From Podarcis bocagei (taxonomy: Eukaryota), in the NCBI GenBank assembly GCA_964188305.1, contig OZ076901.1: a stretch of 64,000 nucleotides of DNA, one strand, 5' to 3'. Positions 14,088-26,676 of this stretch are shown piece by piece. Position numbers and translations under genes: made by a program. The first letter of the stretch is position 1. Each line of letters begins with the position of its first letter. Under the pieces are notes generated by a model that worked only from the letters and a program-made list of their open reading frames with translations, did no database searches and had not been told where the DNA came from.

Positions 14088-14117
<30 letters not shown>
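14088..14117. repeat. (AC)n microsatellite
   Basis: Seen directly. Confidence 0.95.
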
Positions 14118-14119
<2 letters not shown>

Positions 14120-14979
14120 ATCTCCACTCCCTCAACAACAGAACTGCAAGCCTGGTCAGCAGGATATACCTGCCCATTATGGGACCTCGCCTGGAGCTAA
14201 GTCCCAAGATAATCAAAGAAACAAAAACGTAACCCAGTATAGGAATCCTCCTGGCCTGCATCTGGGATCTGATGTTCCCATACACTGTTATATACTGCTT
14301 ATACATATTTATACTATACATGAGTGGTTCCCAATTGGTGGTTCGTGGACCCCAGCGGATCCATGTAACCCACCCAGAGGGTCCTTGGCTCCATTCACAC
14401 AACAAAAACTACCATAGAGATAGCAAAGTTTTCAAAAGTAGGAGGTCCATGGCTTGGCTTTTGAAAAGCATGTTACTTTGGAATCACTTATAATGAGGCT
14501 TTTTTTTTTTTTTAAAAAAGAAATATTATTAAAGCGACTTGCCCAGTGGAAAGTTCAACATGGGAGTATAATATGCTACATATGGGAGCAGAGAGCTGCT
14601 TGCCAGTTTCCCACAGGCATCTGGTTGGGAGAAGGTGCTGGACCGGATGGGCCATGGGCCTGATCCAGAAGGCAGCCTGAGTGGCTACCCAGGAGAAAGT
14701 CCAGTTGAGGCTGAATCTGCCAGTTGCCTTGCCTTTTAACACAGCCAGAGGCCCCTGCTCCACCCACAAGGGAGGTGGGCTTCACACCTGAGCTCAGAGT
14801 GGGGCGTATTCACGTGTAGCTGCTGCCTGGCATACAGGACGGGGGTGGGGGGGTGGAACGGGTGGCAGCAAGTGGGCATGCCGTGCCATGGCCTGCTTCT
14901 CCAGGGCCACCATCCCCCTGTGCCTCAGTTTCCCCGCCTTCCCTCCGGGAGAGCAGCCTCTGCTGCCTCGTCTTCTCCC

Positions 14980-16190
14980 CAAGGGAAGACGAGCGAGGCA
15001 GCGGCTGGCTGGCAGCAGACGGATTAGGCTAAGGAGCAAGAGCCACGCTTCGCCGCGGGCAGCCCAGATGCCCTTCCGCTTTCGGGCGGCGGCGGCGCCC
15101 TAGCAGACCCGCCCTGCCCCGGGGCAGCCGCCTCCCTCCTGCTCCGGCGCAGCCAACTCCGGCGCCGAAGCGAAGTTGTTGGCGGCAGGGCCTCCTCGGG
15201 AGAAAGCGAGACCCGTCGCCCCCCGGGACACCGGCCCAGCCTCGCCGCGGGGAGCCCACCGGGGAGGGGCCGCATTCACACGGGACACGTGGACACGGGA
15301 CTCCTCCTCTGCACGTGGAGACCTAGCTCCTCAGGGTCGGAGAGGCGGGGCTGCGGAGGGGGGAGAGGAGCCCCGCCCCCTCAGCCCCTCGGGGGTCGCC
15401 GCCGCCGCGCGCGAGAAGGTCCCGCAGCTCCGCCGGGCTGCCTTCCCCCCCAGGGGAGACCCAGTCCAGCGGGCGGCGGCAGAGGCGCTCTGCCCATGCT
15501 CAGAGGTCCGTCCTCCGCCTCGCCGCTCCCTCCTGGCCTACCTTGTTGAGTGAGCTGCTGCCGCCGCCTGGCCCTCCCGCTCCGCTCCGCCGCGCCCTCC
15601 TCCTGCCCCGTCGGCGACGGTCGCTCCAGCCGCTCGATCGGATCGGCGGCGGCGGCGGCGGCAATTGGGGCTCCCGTCACGGGCCGGGCGGAGCCGTGGC
15701 AAGGGCGGAGTGCGCCTGCGCGGCGGCGGGGCTGGCGGGCCGGCCTGACTCGGGCCCTCCCGGGGGGGCGGGGGGGAGGGCAGGAGAGCGGCCTGGCCAC
15801 GCCCCTCCGCGCCTGCGCGACCCTCTCTCCTCCCCCGCCCCCGCGGGCCCGTTTGGGCGGGAAAGGCGCGCGCGCGCGAGAAGAGACCTCAGGACGGGGC
15901 GTCTCGCTTTCCCTGAGGGAACTTCCTCCGCCGCCCCGCTAGGTGAGGCGTTTCCCCGCCTCGGTCGCGCTCGAGGGGCCCCGGGGGACCATCCGTGGTG
16001 GAGCTGGAGGGCCTCTCGGCGGCGCTTGGGCCTGACACCCGCCCTCAGAGCCGCCGCTTCTGCCCGTCCGAGTGGGCAGCGCTGAGCGAGGCCGGGCGAA
16101 GGCCAGCTCTTTCCAGAGGAGCCTCGTCCTTGTTCCCAGAGGGCCTCTCCGGGGCACGGCAAGCGGCGGAAAGGCCAGGCCTTTAATGCT
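14980..16190 (-). promoter_or_regulatory. MYO1C CpG-island promoter
   Basis: Very high GC and CpG density, GC boxes, TGACTC AP-1-like site near 15746. Confidence 0.8.
15542..15750 (-). other. MYO1C: MYO1C non-coding first exon (isoform C type); 5' end approximate
   Basis: Strong donor CAAG|gtaggc at 15541 inside a CpG island; no ATG seen in the exon. Confidence 0.7.
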
Positions 16191-16435
16191 GGCGGTGACT
16201 TTTAAATACAAGTTCTAACATTTGTCAACTCTTGGAGTAGGAAGAGAGCTTGGGATCTGCTCTGCTCACATGAAAAAAAAGGAGAGAATTGCAGTTCGCT
16301 GCAGCCCTTCCCAGGCGCCCACTGCAAGGAGAGCAAACCCTAGAAAATAGATGAGGACTCTGCCATGCAGAAGCCCCAAAGAGACTTTCGGTGGGATTTA
16401 GCCATATGCTGCGGTTGCACAGCACAATACACTAT

Positions 16436-16848
16436 TGTTGTTGCTTAGTCATGTCCTCCTCTTTGTGACCCCCTGGACCAGAGCACGCCAGGCCCTCCTG
16501 TCTTCCACTGCCTCCCGCAGTTTGGTCAAACTCCTGCTGGTAGCTTTGAGAACACTGTCCCACCATCTTGTCCTCTTTGAGAACATCAGGGTCTTTTCCA
16601 GGGAGTCTTCTCTTCTCATGAGGTGGCCAAAGTCTTGGAGCCTCAGCTTCAGGATCTGTCCTTCCAGTGAGCACTCAGGGCTGATTTCCTTCAGAATGGA
16701 GAGGTTTGATCTTCTTGCAGTCCATGGGACTCTCAAGAGTCTCCTCCAGCACCAGAATTCAAGAGCATCCATTCTTCGGCGATCAGCCTTCTTTATGGTC
16801 CAGCTCTCACTTCCATACATCACTACTGGGAAAACCATAGCTTTTACT
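16436..16848 (-). mobile_element. Bov-B (RTE) LINE, 5'-truncated 3' fragment
   Basis: Translation MVFPVVMYGSESWTIKKADRRRMDALEFWCWRRLLRVPWTARRSN is typical of the Bov-B C-terminus; (CAA)n tail; 9-bp TSD atacactat at 16427-16435 and 16849-16857. Confidence 0.93.
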
Positions 16849-18281
16849 ATACACTATACTTAGGGGCAAAGTGGAAGGGTGAACTCCCTTGCAAAAATTG
16901 CCTTTTGCAGTTCCCCGCCACCAGCAGTCTTTGCCTTTGCCTTGTGGTTCATTTGAGCCCAGCCCTGCTTGCAAATCTGACCAGTTTACAACATGTCAGT
17001 CTCTGGCAGTTGGCAAGTCCACAGTTTGTTTGTAAAAGGTTGTGGGTTAAGGCTCGGACTTCTCCAATGAAAGGTCTCAGGTAACAGAACTGTAAGAGAC
17101 ACCTGTCTGGAGAGTTGCTGCCAGTTAATGTGCCCAGTGCTGGGGCGGATGCAGCTTTAGCCTGTAAGGGAGCACCTTGTAACACCTGTTTGCTCACTTT
17201 GCCTGAAGCTCTGCAGATTTCTAACAAAGATGGGGGATAGCGAGGGCAAGGACAGTACTGCACTGGAAGGACTAACAATCTAGCTTAGGATTCCAACATA
17301 AGGGTAGCTGACAGGCTTCTGATAGGGTTGAGTCTTGCCTGTTTTCAGATGCTCCCAAATGAGTTGTTGGCGGCTAATAGAGCAGTAGAGGGTTATTTTA
17401 GTAATAAAACATTTCAAGTTTCTTATTTTGAAGCATCTGGAGACAGGACATTTAAAAGTTCTAAGTGCATTTATGCTCACAATGGCAGGCTCTTCAAACT
17501 ACACAGCTCTTATTCCCCAAGAATCTTGAGTGTCGTATTCAGAATAGTCTGTGGGTCCATGTCAGAGCTATGTGCAGCACTTCAGCTATGAGGTAAATTC
17601 TGTGTTGCTGACCTGGTAAGGATTTCTCCCCCCACCCCTGAAGTCACCAACAGTTACACATTTCTGTTATTTTTAGGACCTAATGTACTCAAAAAAGCTG
17701 TGCTGCTTCAAAGCCTTGCAGAGAATTCCAGCCCCCCAACCCACAAAACAGATATGTTACCTAGGTCCCACATGAAGCAAGAAGTAAGAGTGCATGTAGA
17801 CCCCATTACTCTGAACCCCACCACATCAGGTCACATCGCACACAAGATCACATGTATAACACAAACAGCAGTGCAGCGCAGCATATTAGTGCAGCATATC
17901 AGCTAAAGGAAAGATAGGCATTCTAGGAAACGTGCCTGTTTTATAGATGGAGAACACTGAGGCTGAGGAAGCAAGCATGTAGAAAACATTTACCCAGTTA
18001 ATCTCATATTTAACCAATCCATAAAGGCAGCCAGGGTGGGGGTGAGGAGGAAGGCAGAATAGAAGATGGCCTGGTGCTAGAGGAGAACGCAAGAGAGTGG
18101 GGGCAGGGAGAGGGAGCCAGGAGCTCAAAAGAATGCACAGGCTCTAGCATGTGGGGGTGGGGAGTCTGATCTACATGGCATTCTCCCAGCTACTCCCAGA
18201 TTAAGTCTTCCAATGTTACCACAAGTGTCCTGCCAGCAGCAGCCTATAGCCTTTTCATGAGTGGAACTGCTGCCATTGAAC

Positions 18282-18511
18282 TACAGTGGTACCTCGGGTT
18301 AAGTACTTAATTCGTTCCAGAGGTCTGTTCTTAACCTGAAACTGTTCTTAACCTGAAGCACCACTTTACTTAATGGGGCCTCCTGCTGCCGCTGTGCCGC
18401 CGGAGCACAATTTCTGTTCTCATCCTGAAGCAAAGTACTTAACCCGAGGTACTATTTCTGGGTTAGCGGAGTCTGTAACCTGAAGCATGTGTAACCCAAA
18501 GTACCACTGTA
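18282..18511. mobile_element. Tigger/pogo-type MITE
   Basis: ta|cagtggtacctcgggtta ... taacccaaagtaccactg|ta; internal repeats of ttaacctgaa. Confidence 0.87.
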
Positions 18512-19623
18512 CAGTACTGGCAAGCCAACCCTGCTGCTGTCACCACAAGCTCCATCAGCAGGCTGTGGCAGCCCAGAATGTTACCCGCCCTCTGAGTCCT
18601 CTTCCCCACAACCATTGTCATTTCACATTGGCACATTGGCTGGTACAACATGGGCACAGGAGCTGTCTGAGAGGGCAGAGATAAACGACCACAGCAGAGC
18701 CAAAGGGGGGGGGGGGAGAGAGAAATCCTGCCGTTATGACAGGGCCTAGCCCTTGTTACTAGGAACATCCTGGAGAGTGGGGAAAGAGTCCCAGGGTAAC
18801 TTGAGAGCCAAATCTTGTCGCCAGAGAGCACAGGGCAAGGAAGGCTTTCCCCTGTGGCTCCCACATCGGGTATAGCCACTAGTGCCCCACAGCCCAGCCC
18901 ATGGTCCACCACAATAGACACTGGAGAAGACCAACTGCAGGCAGAGCGATAATCATTCAACTGGACTGTATAAAGCTAAGAGCCAACATCCTTTGGCAAT
19001 GCAGGCTGTTAGCTTTTGGAGGTCCCAATAAAGCCAGAAACGTCTACTCCAACCTTTGTGACCTCTTGAATTTGGAATCCTGCCTATGTCACCTGCACAA
19101 AGAGTTAGAAACCTGCAGGCAACCTTAATTTAAAGCAACAGAGCAGATATTGGGAGAGATGTGTAAAGCCCAAACCAACAAATGCCTCCTCTTCACCCGT
19201 ATGGTGTTCCAGATCCAATCATTCACCAACTTAGAGACGGCCTGAAGTCCAGCTAATTTTACACGGCTCTTGGAGCCTTTTCCTTTATGCCCCCGCCCCT
19301 GCTACTTGACCACCTTGACCGATTTCACTGTGTTTGCTTTTAACTTGCTATAGCATCAGTCCAGTGGTCTGAAATATGGACACCGTTGTCTCCTCCTTCC
19401 TCTGGCCTTGCAAGGGCCAGTTTTCTCAAAGCTTGTCACTGGATATTGTCCTCATTCTCTTCACAAGCCATGCTAGACTGTCCCTTTCCATAAATGCAGC
19501 AGTTCCCTCGCACTGATAGAACCCTTCCTGAATCGTGCCTCCCTCTTCGTGTTTGTCTGTGCCAAGTTACCAAAACAAGAAAAGGAAAGCAGGTTTAGGC
19601 TGCACAAGAAGAGCCATGCTTAC

Positions 19624-19698
19624 AGGCTTAGCCCCTCGATCCTGACCAACCTGGCAGATCATTTCTCCGGTGGGGATAAACTTGGTCCGCAGCTCCAT
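19624..19698 (-). CDS. MYO1C: MYO1C isoform-A-type first coding exon (MELRTKFIPTGEMICQVGQDRGAKP, 75 nt, phase 0); remainder of the gene lies left of the window
   Basis: Same length (25 codons) and PTGE-I core as human isoform A ([25 protein letters not shown], from memory); aggATGG Kozak; donor CCT|gtaagc; synteny with INPP5K. Confidence 0.85.
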
Positions 19699-21544
19699 CC
19701 TCCCAGGGTTCGGTCTCTGGTTTTCACCATCCCTCTGCAGCCGGCGGACATTGAACAGTCCTGGCATTCTCTGAAGGAGCAGCAGCACAATAAACAGCCT
19801 TCTTGGCCCAGCAGCGGAAGGCCTGTGTTTGTACAAGCTCTAGGTGTGAGCTCAAGCAACAATGCAGTTCAAGCACTTGTTTCCACGTCCTTTCAGCTGT
19901 TCCAAGAGCCTTTAATTTATGTCTTTGCTTATTGCTTTTAACTCCAATGTTTCTTCTCTCAGACCCAGGGGACTCTGGAGACCTGGATGGACATCTGCAA
20001 TTTTTGGCACCACCTTTGTGACCTTGGCTGTTCTGCCCTGAGAAGCTGCAGCGGAAGGGCTCTTTTCCTCTCTGGGTACATTAGCCCTCCTGGTCCCCCT
20101 TGCCCAGCCGGCGCCAGGTGTGTCTTTCTTTCTGTCAGACCTCTTCCTAAGGGGCAAAGCTTTGTTTGTGTGCTAATTTGGTAAATTATATGGGCAACTT
20201 TTCACCCAAAGGCTCCTGAAGTCAGCAAGCTGTTTTATTAATAAAAAACAGTGGAAACATCATAAAAAGAGCTGCAAACACGTATACTATATAAAAAAAG
20301 GCCACCACTGGCAGTAGACAAATACATGGCAGTGATAATCCGATCTGAACACCTGCATGACAGTCTTTACCAGTCTGTGAAATGGCCAGGGAGAAGAGAG
20401 GCTGCGCCCAAAGGAAGGAGGACCAGAGTCTGCACTGGTACCACAGCCAAAAAAGACCCTCCCTGCATGTGAACAGCCTCAAGGTCTATGGATGAAGGGC
20501 AATATACAAATTTAATAAATAATAATGTGGCCCCCTCCATGTTTCTGCTGGAGGGGAAGGAGGGATGTGGAGCAGGGCCTCCCCAGCAGATCTCAGAACG
20601 GCAGGCGGGATAAGCAGGTTTAACAACACTTGGGACTAGAGATGATAACCAGCACTTTGAACTGGGTTCAGAAAGAAACTAGGAACTGATTAAGAGGGAA
20701 CAACAATTTGCCCTCTCCTTATCTGAGAGGTCTTCTATGTCATCAGCCATTCCATGACAGGCAGAAATTCTACATCCTCGCATTTTGCCTGCCACCACAT
20801 CTCAATGCTAACAAAAAAAAAGCATTTTGAATTTCTGCCTGTTTTTATGTAAACCACCTTGGGAATTTCTTCTGGAGGACATTATATTGATATCTATAAA
20901 CAGATAGAGAGGAACAGAGGAAATTCTATAAGTCTCCACCAGCTGCAAAGCCCTTGTCAAAGATAGAGTGGTTTACAGTAGTTGAAATATGTGACCAAGA
21001 CATGGGTGATGGAAGTGGCCAGATTTGCCTTCTCCAGGACAGACACAGCAGCCCAAGCCCAGCTACTGCCCGCATCTGCCTCCAGCCAGGCTCAAAAGAA
21101 GGAACACTACCCCTTCCAGAACAGGCTGTGTCACCGCTTCTGAGTCTGCTTATGTCTTTTCCAGAATAAGTTTCCCATTTCCAAAGCAAATTCCTTGGTG
21201 GGAAGTACTTGCCAACAGTTTCTCCTATTCCTAAAAACACGGAGCAGACTTGAATCTCTCTTTTCCTTCAGAAGTGGTTTAATGGATGTGCCTTATATAA
21301 GAACAGGTTTTAAGAAATAGATGTAAAATGGGGGACCAGGAACTAAACGAAGGTGGAAAGGAGCCAAAGAGCACACTGAGGAGAAAGGGAGGCTGGGACA
21401 CAGCTGTCCAAATATATTCCCCCGAGATAAGCAATCCAAAAATAAAACTAGTTTATTTTTGTTTGGAAAAATGTACTTTTAAGCAATTTATTTGCTGAAA
21501 CTTTAAATGTTGAGGGGTGATGAGCATGCCCAGAAATACATATG

Positions 21545-21726
21545 TACCGTATTTACTTGAATCTAATACTCACTTTTTTGGCTAAATTATGTTGCAAAAA
21601 TCAAGGTGCATTAGATTCGACAGCACATTTACATTCGACAGCAATTCCTTTTTTTTTATTTCAAGGTTCTGAAAATTGAGGTGTGCATTAGATTCAGTGG
21701 TGTTTTAGACCTGAGTAAATATGGTA
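21545..21726. mobile_element. Tc1/Mariner-type MITE (older)
   Basis: ta|ccgtatttactt ... gagtaaatatgg|ta. Confidence 0.75.
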
Positions 21727-22040
21727 TATGAAAAAGAAAAACTCTCAGCTGTTACTGTTGGCTTTTGCTACCCATCTGCCGCCTTTGCTGATAAAATTGA
21801 GCTTATATTAGTGCTAGAATCACTCCTGCTAAGGGTTCAAGGTGGAGTTAGGGTTAACTGGTCTGATTAATCAACTGAATCCTTCATCAGAGATTGAAAT
21901 CCCACCTCTCTTAAAAATAGACTGGTATCAAGCTCAGCTGTCACCCAAACCAGGGTGGGAAGAGGCCCAGGTATCAAACTTGTGTTGAAAGAGAAAAGTT
22001 GCCTTCTAGTATAAAATAACAGTGTCCTTTCAAAGACTTC

Positions 22041-22410
22041 GGGGGGACGCGGGTGGCGCTGTGGGCTAAAGCCTCAGCGCCTAGGGCTTGCCGATCGAAA
22101 GGTCGGCGGTTCGAATCCCCGCGGCGGGGTGCGCTCCCGCTGCTCGGTCCCAGCGCCTGCCAACCTAGCAGTTCGAAAGCACCCCCGGGTGCAAGTAGAT
22201 AAATAGGTACCGCTTACCAGCGGGAAGGTAAACGGCGTTCCGTGTGCTGCGCTGGCTTGCCAGATGCAGCTTTGTCACGCTGGCCACGTGACCCGGAAGT
22301 GTCTCTGGACAGCGCTGGCCCCCCGGCCAATAGATGTGAGATGGGCGCACAAACCCCAGAGTCTGTCAAGACTGGCCCGTTCGGGCAGGGGTACCTTTAC
22401 CTTTACCTTT
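22041..22410 (+). mobile_element. Sauria (Squam1) SINE, full length, young
   Basis: tRNA-like head with A box (GTGGCGCTGTGG) and B box (GGTTCGAATCC); (ACCTTT)n tail; 15-bp TSD cctttcaaagacttc at 22026-22040 and 22406-22420. Confidence 0.93.
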
Positions 22411-25400
22411 CAAAGACTTCATGTTTTCCAAGATGTCTCACAGTTCTGATGAATCTTATATTTATTTATGGAGCCACCTTGGCTCTGGTGTGTCACTGGC
22501 TGTAAGAAAGAGTGGCATAATCCCGAATGCAATGGGACAGTGAGGAGGAGGAAGAAAGGGAAAGGTTTTGAACTTGGGGGACTTAGGTAGGAAACCTATA
22601 CAGAGGTTTGTTTGCAGAAATCAGAGTTAGTTAGGCATCCAGTGAAATAGCTAAATATACTTCAATTGTTGACAGTGCAGTTGAGAATGCAAGGGTGTCA
22701 CAACTATGCTGCAACCTCCCTCCCCCTCTTGGTGGGGTGCCTGGTCAGTCCCCATTCAGGTTTTGAAGGAAGAGAGAATGAAGGAATGATCTGGTGGACA
22801 TACACTACTGATTTCCTCCCACGCTGCAGTGTTACCCTGCAACCGCTTCCTGATGGGGAGTGCTCTGGAAATTCACCCGCAAGGGCTGTAACTGCCTCTT
22901 GGTGATGAGTCCCACCAGCCTCCGTGAACTTTGTCTCCTGCCCTTCAGAGAAATTGCCTTGCTTGGTCCACGTTCCAGGATAATCAGGTAAGACAGGAGA
23001 CAATGTTCTGGGACTCTAAGGCTGGGCCGTCTCAAGGAAATCATAATTTAGTTTGCAGGAAGCAGTGGGGGAAGAAACAATGGCTCTTATCAGTGGATAT
23101 TTTAGGGTCCAGAAAACATGCGAAATATCTTGGAAACATTTCCTGTTTACATAAAGCTGTGCTATGTAAATGCAGAGGTTCACTATTTATCCCCAAGAGA
23201 GGGGGTGACCATTGATGGCTCCTGCCTGCGTTAAGGGATGGAGAGGGGGGAGCAAGCTGTCTGAAGAAACCTGCAATGTTTCACTTGCTACCCCTCTGGC
23301 TGAATTGTCCTCAAGTGATTTCACTTAGGCAACTTGAAAGCAGACAAATGTTTTCTTTGAGAAACAGCCTATGGAAGACTGATGGAGCCAGCAGCTGCCA
23401 AGAATCTGACAAATGGGCGGGGGGGGGGGGAGGCAGGGAAGGGTCATCTGGCAGGAGTTCTTCCTGCCCAAGAGAGAGCTTGGCCTTCCTCATCCACACT
23501 GGCAGTTGCAGCATGCTGGCCTCAGCAGGTATTTGTCATTCTTTCATGCCATTGCTTGGGACACACATACGCACACACTGGGGGTCCCCTTGCCATAGCA
23601 TTTTACGCACTTTCGGAAGCCACCAATCAGAACGCAAGGACTTAATTGTAGAGCCAGAGTTTCCAGCACCCCAGCCTGTCTACCACTAACAAGGAGAAGC
23701 TTGAAGGAGCCTGCAGATTTTGAATTGGTGGAAGACGGTTGACTCAACCTCCTTGCCTAAGAGGAGTAAAAAGAGCAGGGACTGATTTCAAACTAAGGTT
23801 TGAACAGCCACAATCATGTGAAAGCCTCCCAACACAGCACCGTCAAATTTGACCCACTTTAACAGAAAGGTTGCTCCCAACTCTGCTAACATAATTAAGT
23901 CACCTTACTTTTCTTGGTCACCAAAAGTTCCCTTGGAGTCTAGTTTTTCTGCTGCTCTTAGCTGAAAATGGGTGTATTCCCCCCCACACCCTGCCACATG
24001 ATGATGATTTTGGCTGTCTTTGGTTCTGAGGATTTCACTAAATAGCTGATAGTTAAGTTAGCAAAATCTCCTATTGCAAGTCATTCCCGATGGTGGCTGG
24101 TGCCCCCCCACCCTCAGGCTCCCATTCCCTACTTGCTCCTGCTCCAACTCTTCCCAGCAAACCACACCAGCTACTTCTCATCAGAGTGAGGAGAAATGGC
24201 TGGTCCAAAGCCAGAAAGCAAGCCCATGGCAACTGGAAAAAAGAAAACCCTTGGACACAATCAGTCCGTGACTTCTTGTTACTTCCCTAGTACAGCTTGG
24301 CACCTAAGACTTAAACAAAAGACAGTTATGAGTCTGTGGCTGTCTGATGCAGTGCCAGAAAAAGGACTCCTAGGCCTTCAGCAGTTCTGCAAAAAAGTTG
24401 CAGATTGATGTCGGTGCTGGGTGTTTACAGAGGAGCTGCAGCTTGGGTGAGAGAAAATCAGAATCACTTTGGGAAGAAATCCTTGAAAGAACATTCTGCT
24501 CTGTCCCAAGAGGAAAGACTCCCCCTGCCCCCCCTACACGCACACACCCCTGCCCAACCCTCTAGCTTCTTTCCGGGCCCATGCTGGGAATTAAAAACCC
24601 CACAAGACACCTCATAGACTGCTCTCGTGCCTCTAACATCCAGCAGCCAGGCTTTACCTGTGCTGCTGCCCACAGACAGTTCAGGAAGCGGAGAGCAGAG
24701 GAACCCTCACCCTCGCTGCAAAATCTTTCTCTGGCTCTGAAACCGGGATTGGGAGCGGAAGAGAACTTGCAGAAATACTGTCTCATTGCTCTCAACACTG
24801 ATGGCCCACTTTGCTGCCTCCAGGGCATGTGTAGTCGTCTGTCAATCAATCGGGTCAGGGGCCAGCCGTCTTCTTGGCAGGCAGCCATAACTGGCTTCTA
24901 GGGCAGGGCTTTGTAGGAAGATTTCTGCAGGCAAGGAAGGAGGAAGCGAAGCAGTGTGGAAGCAGCTTTATCTGGAGAGTGTGTTGAGTGGAGGGGGGGG
25001 GCAATAAGGAGCTGCTGCCACCTGCTAGGCCCATGTCCCATTGTGCCAGGGAGGAGCTGTCTGCTGCTCCCCCATGCAGTCGGGTGGACGAACCAAAGGC
25101 AATGGGACAGGAGCAAGCAGCAGCTTCTGCCACCACCTACCTGCCCGCCCCCCTCAGCAGCGCAAGAGGTGGGAATCAGTGGCCACCACTTCAAGGGGTG
25201 GGAGGCTGATGGTGCCGCAAGACAGAGGGCAGGCCATGGGGGTTGCTGCTCCAGCATCTCTGGGGCAGTGAACTGGGTTAGGTTTTGGGGCCTTGGCAGC
25301 TGTCCCAGAATGCCAACCCTGTCAGAAGTTTTATCTCCTGACTCTTCTGCTTGTTTCAAGTCTACTGTACTTCGTTTCAGTAGCAACCCAGATTCGGCTT

Positions 25401-26676
25401 TTTTAAACACACACATCAAAACCCTTCTTCTTTGCATTGTGAACCTCAGTGGCGATTTCTTCTCCCTCCTCCTTGCTTTGCATTGGCGCTTCTGCAGTGC
25501 TACTAGTGGGGGGGGGGGCGAGCTGAGCCAGGCCAAGGAGTTCACAGCATCTTACTAGATCACAAAAGAATACAAAATTGTTTTCACAACCTTGCCAGCT
25601 GGTGCCCTCCAGATGCCTGGTGCTGAGAGCTGCAGGCCATCCTGTCCTGAGGGTGCCAGGTCACAGAAGGCTGTGTCAAAGCAAATCTTTCCTATCATTG
25701 TAGCACTGCTTTTGGAGGACACCATGAACAGGATTGTTTCAGTTCATTAACCAGTGAACAACAGTGCTGGGAGGGGGAAGGACAGATGTGAGAACTCCTC
25801 CCAGTTTTCTTGTATGCCTAGCAGATTTTTTAAAAGTTGCCTAGTTGTTTCCATGTTCAAGCCTCTCCTCAAATACTTTCCAGTCTCCCCCCTCCGCCTC
25901 TGGCTCAGTCATCTCTTCCCTCTCAGGCTCCCTGCGCCTGCCCTGTGGAGCCAGCCGCTCCCTGCCTGGTTATCTGCTTCCATCCGCAGCACAGGCCCTC
26001 TTCCTCCTCCCACCCCAGGTTGCACTCTGCCACAAAGGCTTGGAAAAGCCACAAGCTGGGAAGATTTAATTAGACGACTTTCCACTGCAGCCGGTGGTAG
26101 TAGCATTGTTCTGCCGAGAGATTAGCTTACTAAAGACAGATCCACCCACTCAGTTCAAAAGTGTCAGCAGTTTTCCCTGGCACATTTCTGAACTGGCATT
26201 TCTGAAGCAAGTGATCAATTCCGGTCTTGTTTTGTGGTCTGGAGGATCTGTTCTCCCTTTGCCAATAGGAGCCAAAACAGAAGACTCTTTTGAGCTGTGA
26301 AAAAACTTTGCATCCCAAGTTTGAAGCGGGGAGTGGGGGGAATCTTCCCAGATAGGCGTCCCCTGCCAATGGCAGTGAGCAGGACCATCTCTTTTCACGC
26401 CAACAATCTCCTCGTCTCCCCAGCAACCCCCTTCCCCCTTGTGCAATGGCATGCACCAGGGTTCAGGACACACACACATGCCTCACTTAAAGGCAGGCTC
26501 ACCCTACTAATGGTGAAGACTTCTGCACTGCCATCACTCAGAAGAGCTTCCAGAGGAGAGACCACGCCCGAGAAACAGCTGGAACCGTTTCAGCAGAATC
26601 TGCGCCCTCTGCAGTGCCCCCTTGTGGCTCAGAGACAACAGCAACAACTGGGAGGCAGAGTAACTATCAGAGTTAA

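Noticed and set aside
22041-22125. tRNA-like sequence with A and B boxes
   Set aside because: It is the head of a Sauria SINE, not a tRNA gene; the same applies at ~31960-32048 and 33109.
24898-25558. Overlapping ~200-aa ORFs on both strands
   Set aside because: GTG starts and no domain; more plausibly regulatory or 5'UTR sequence.
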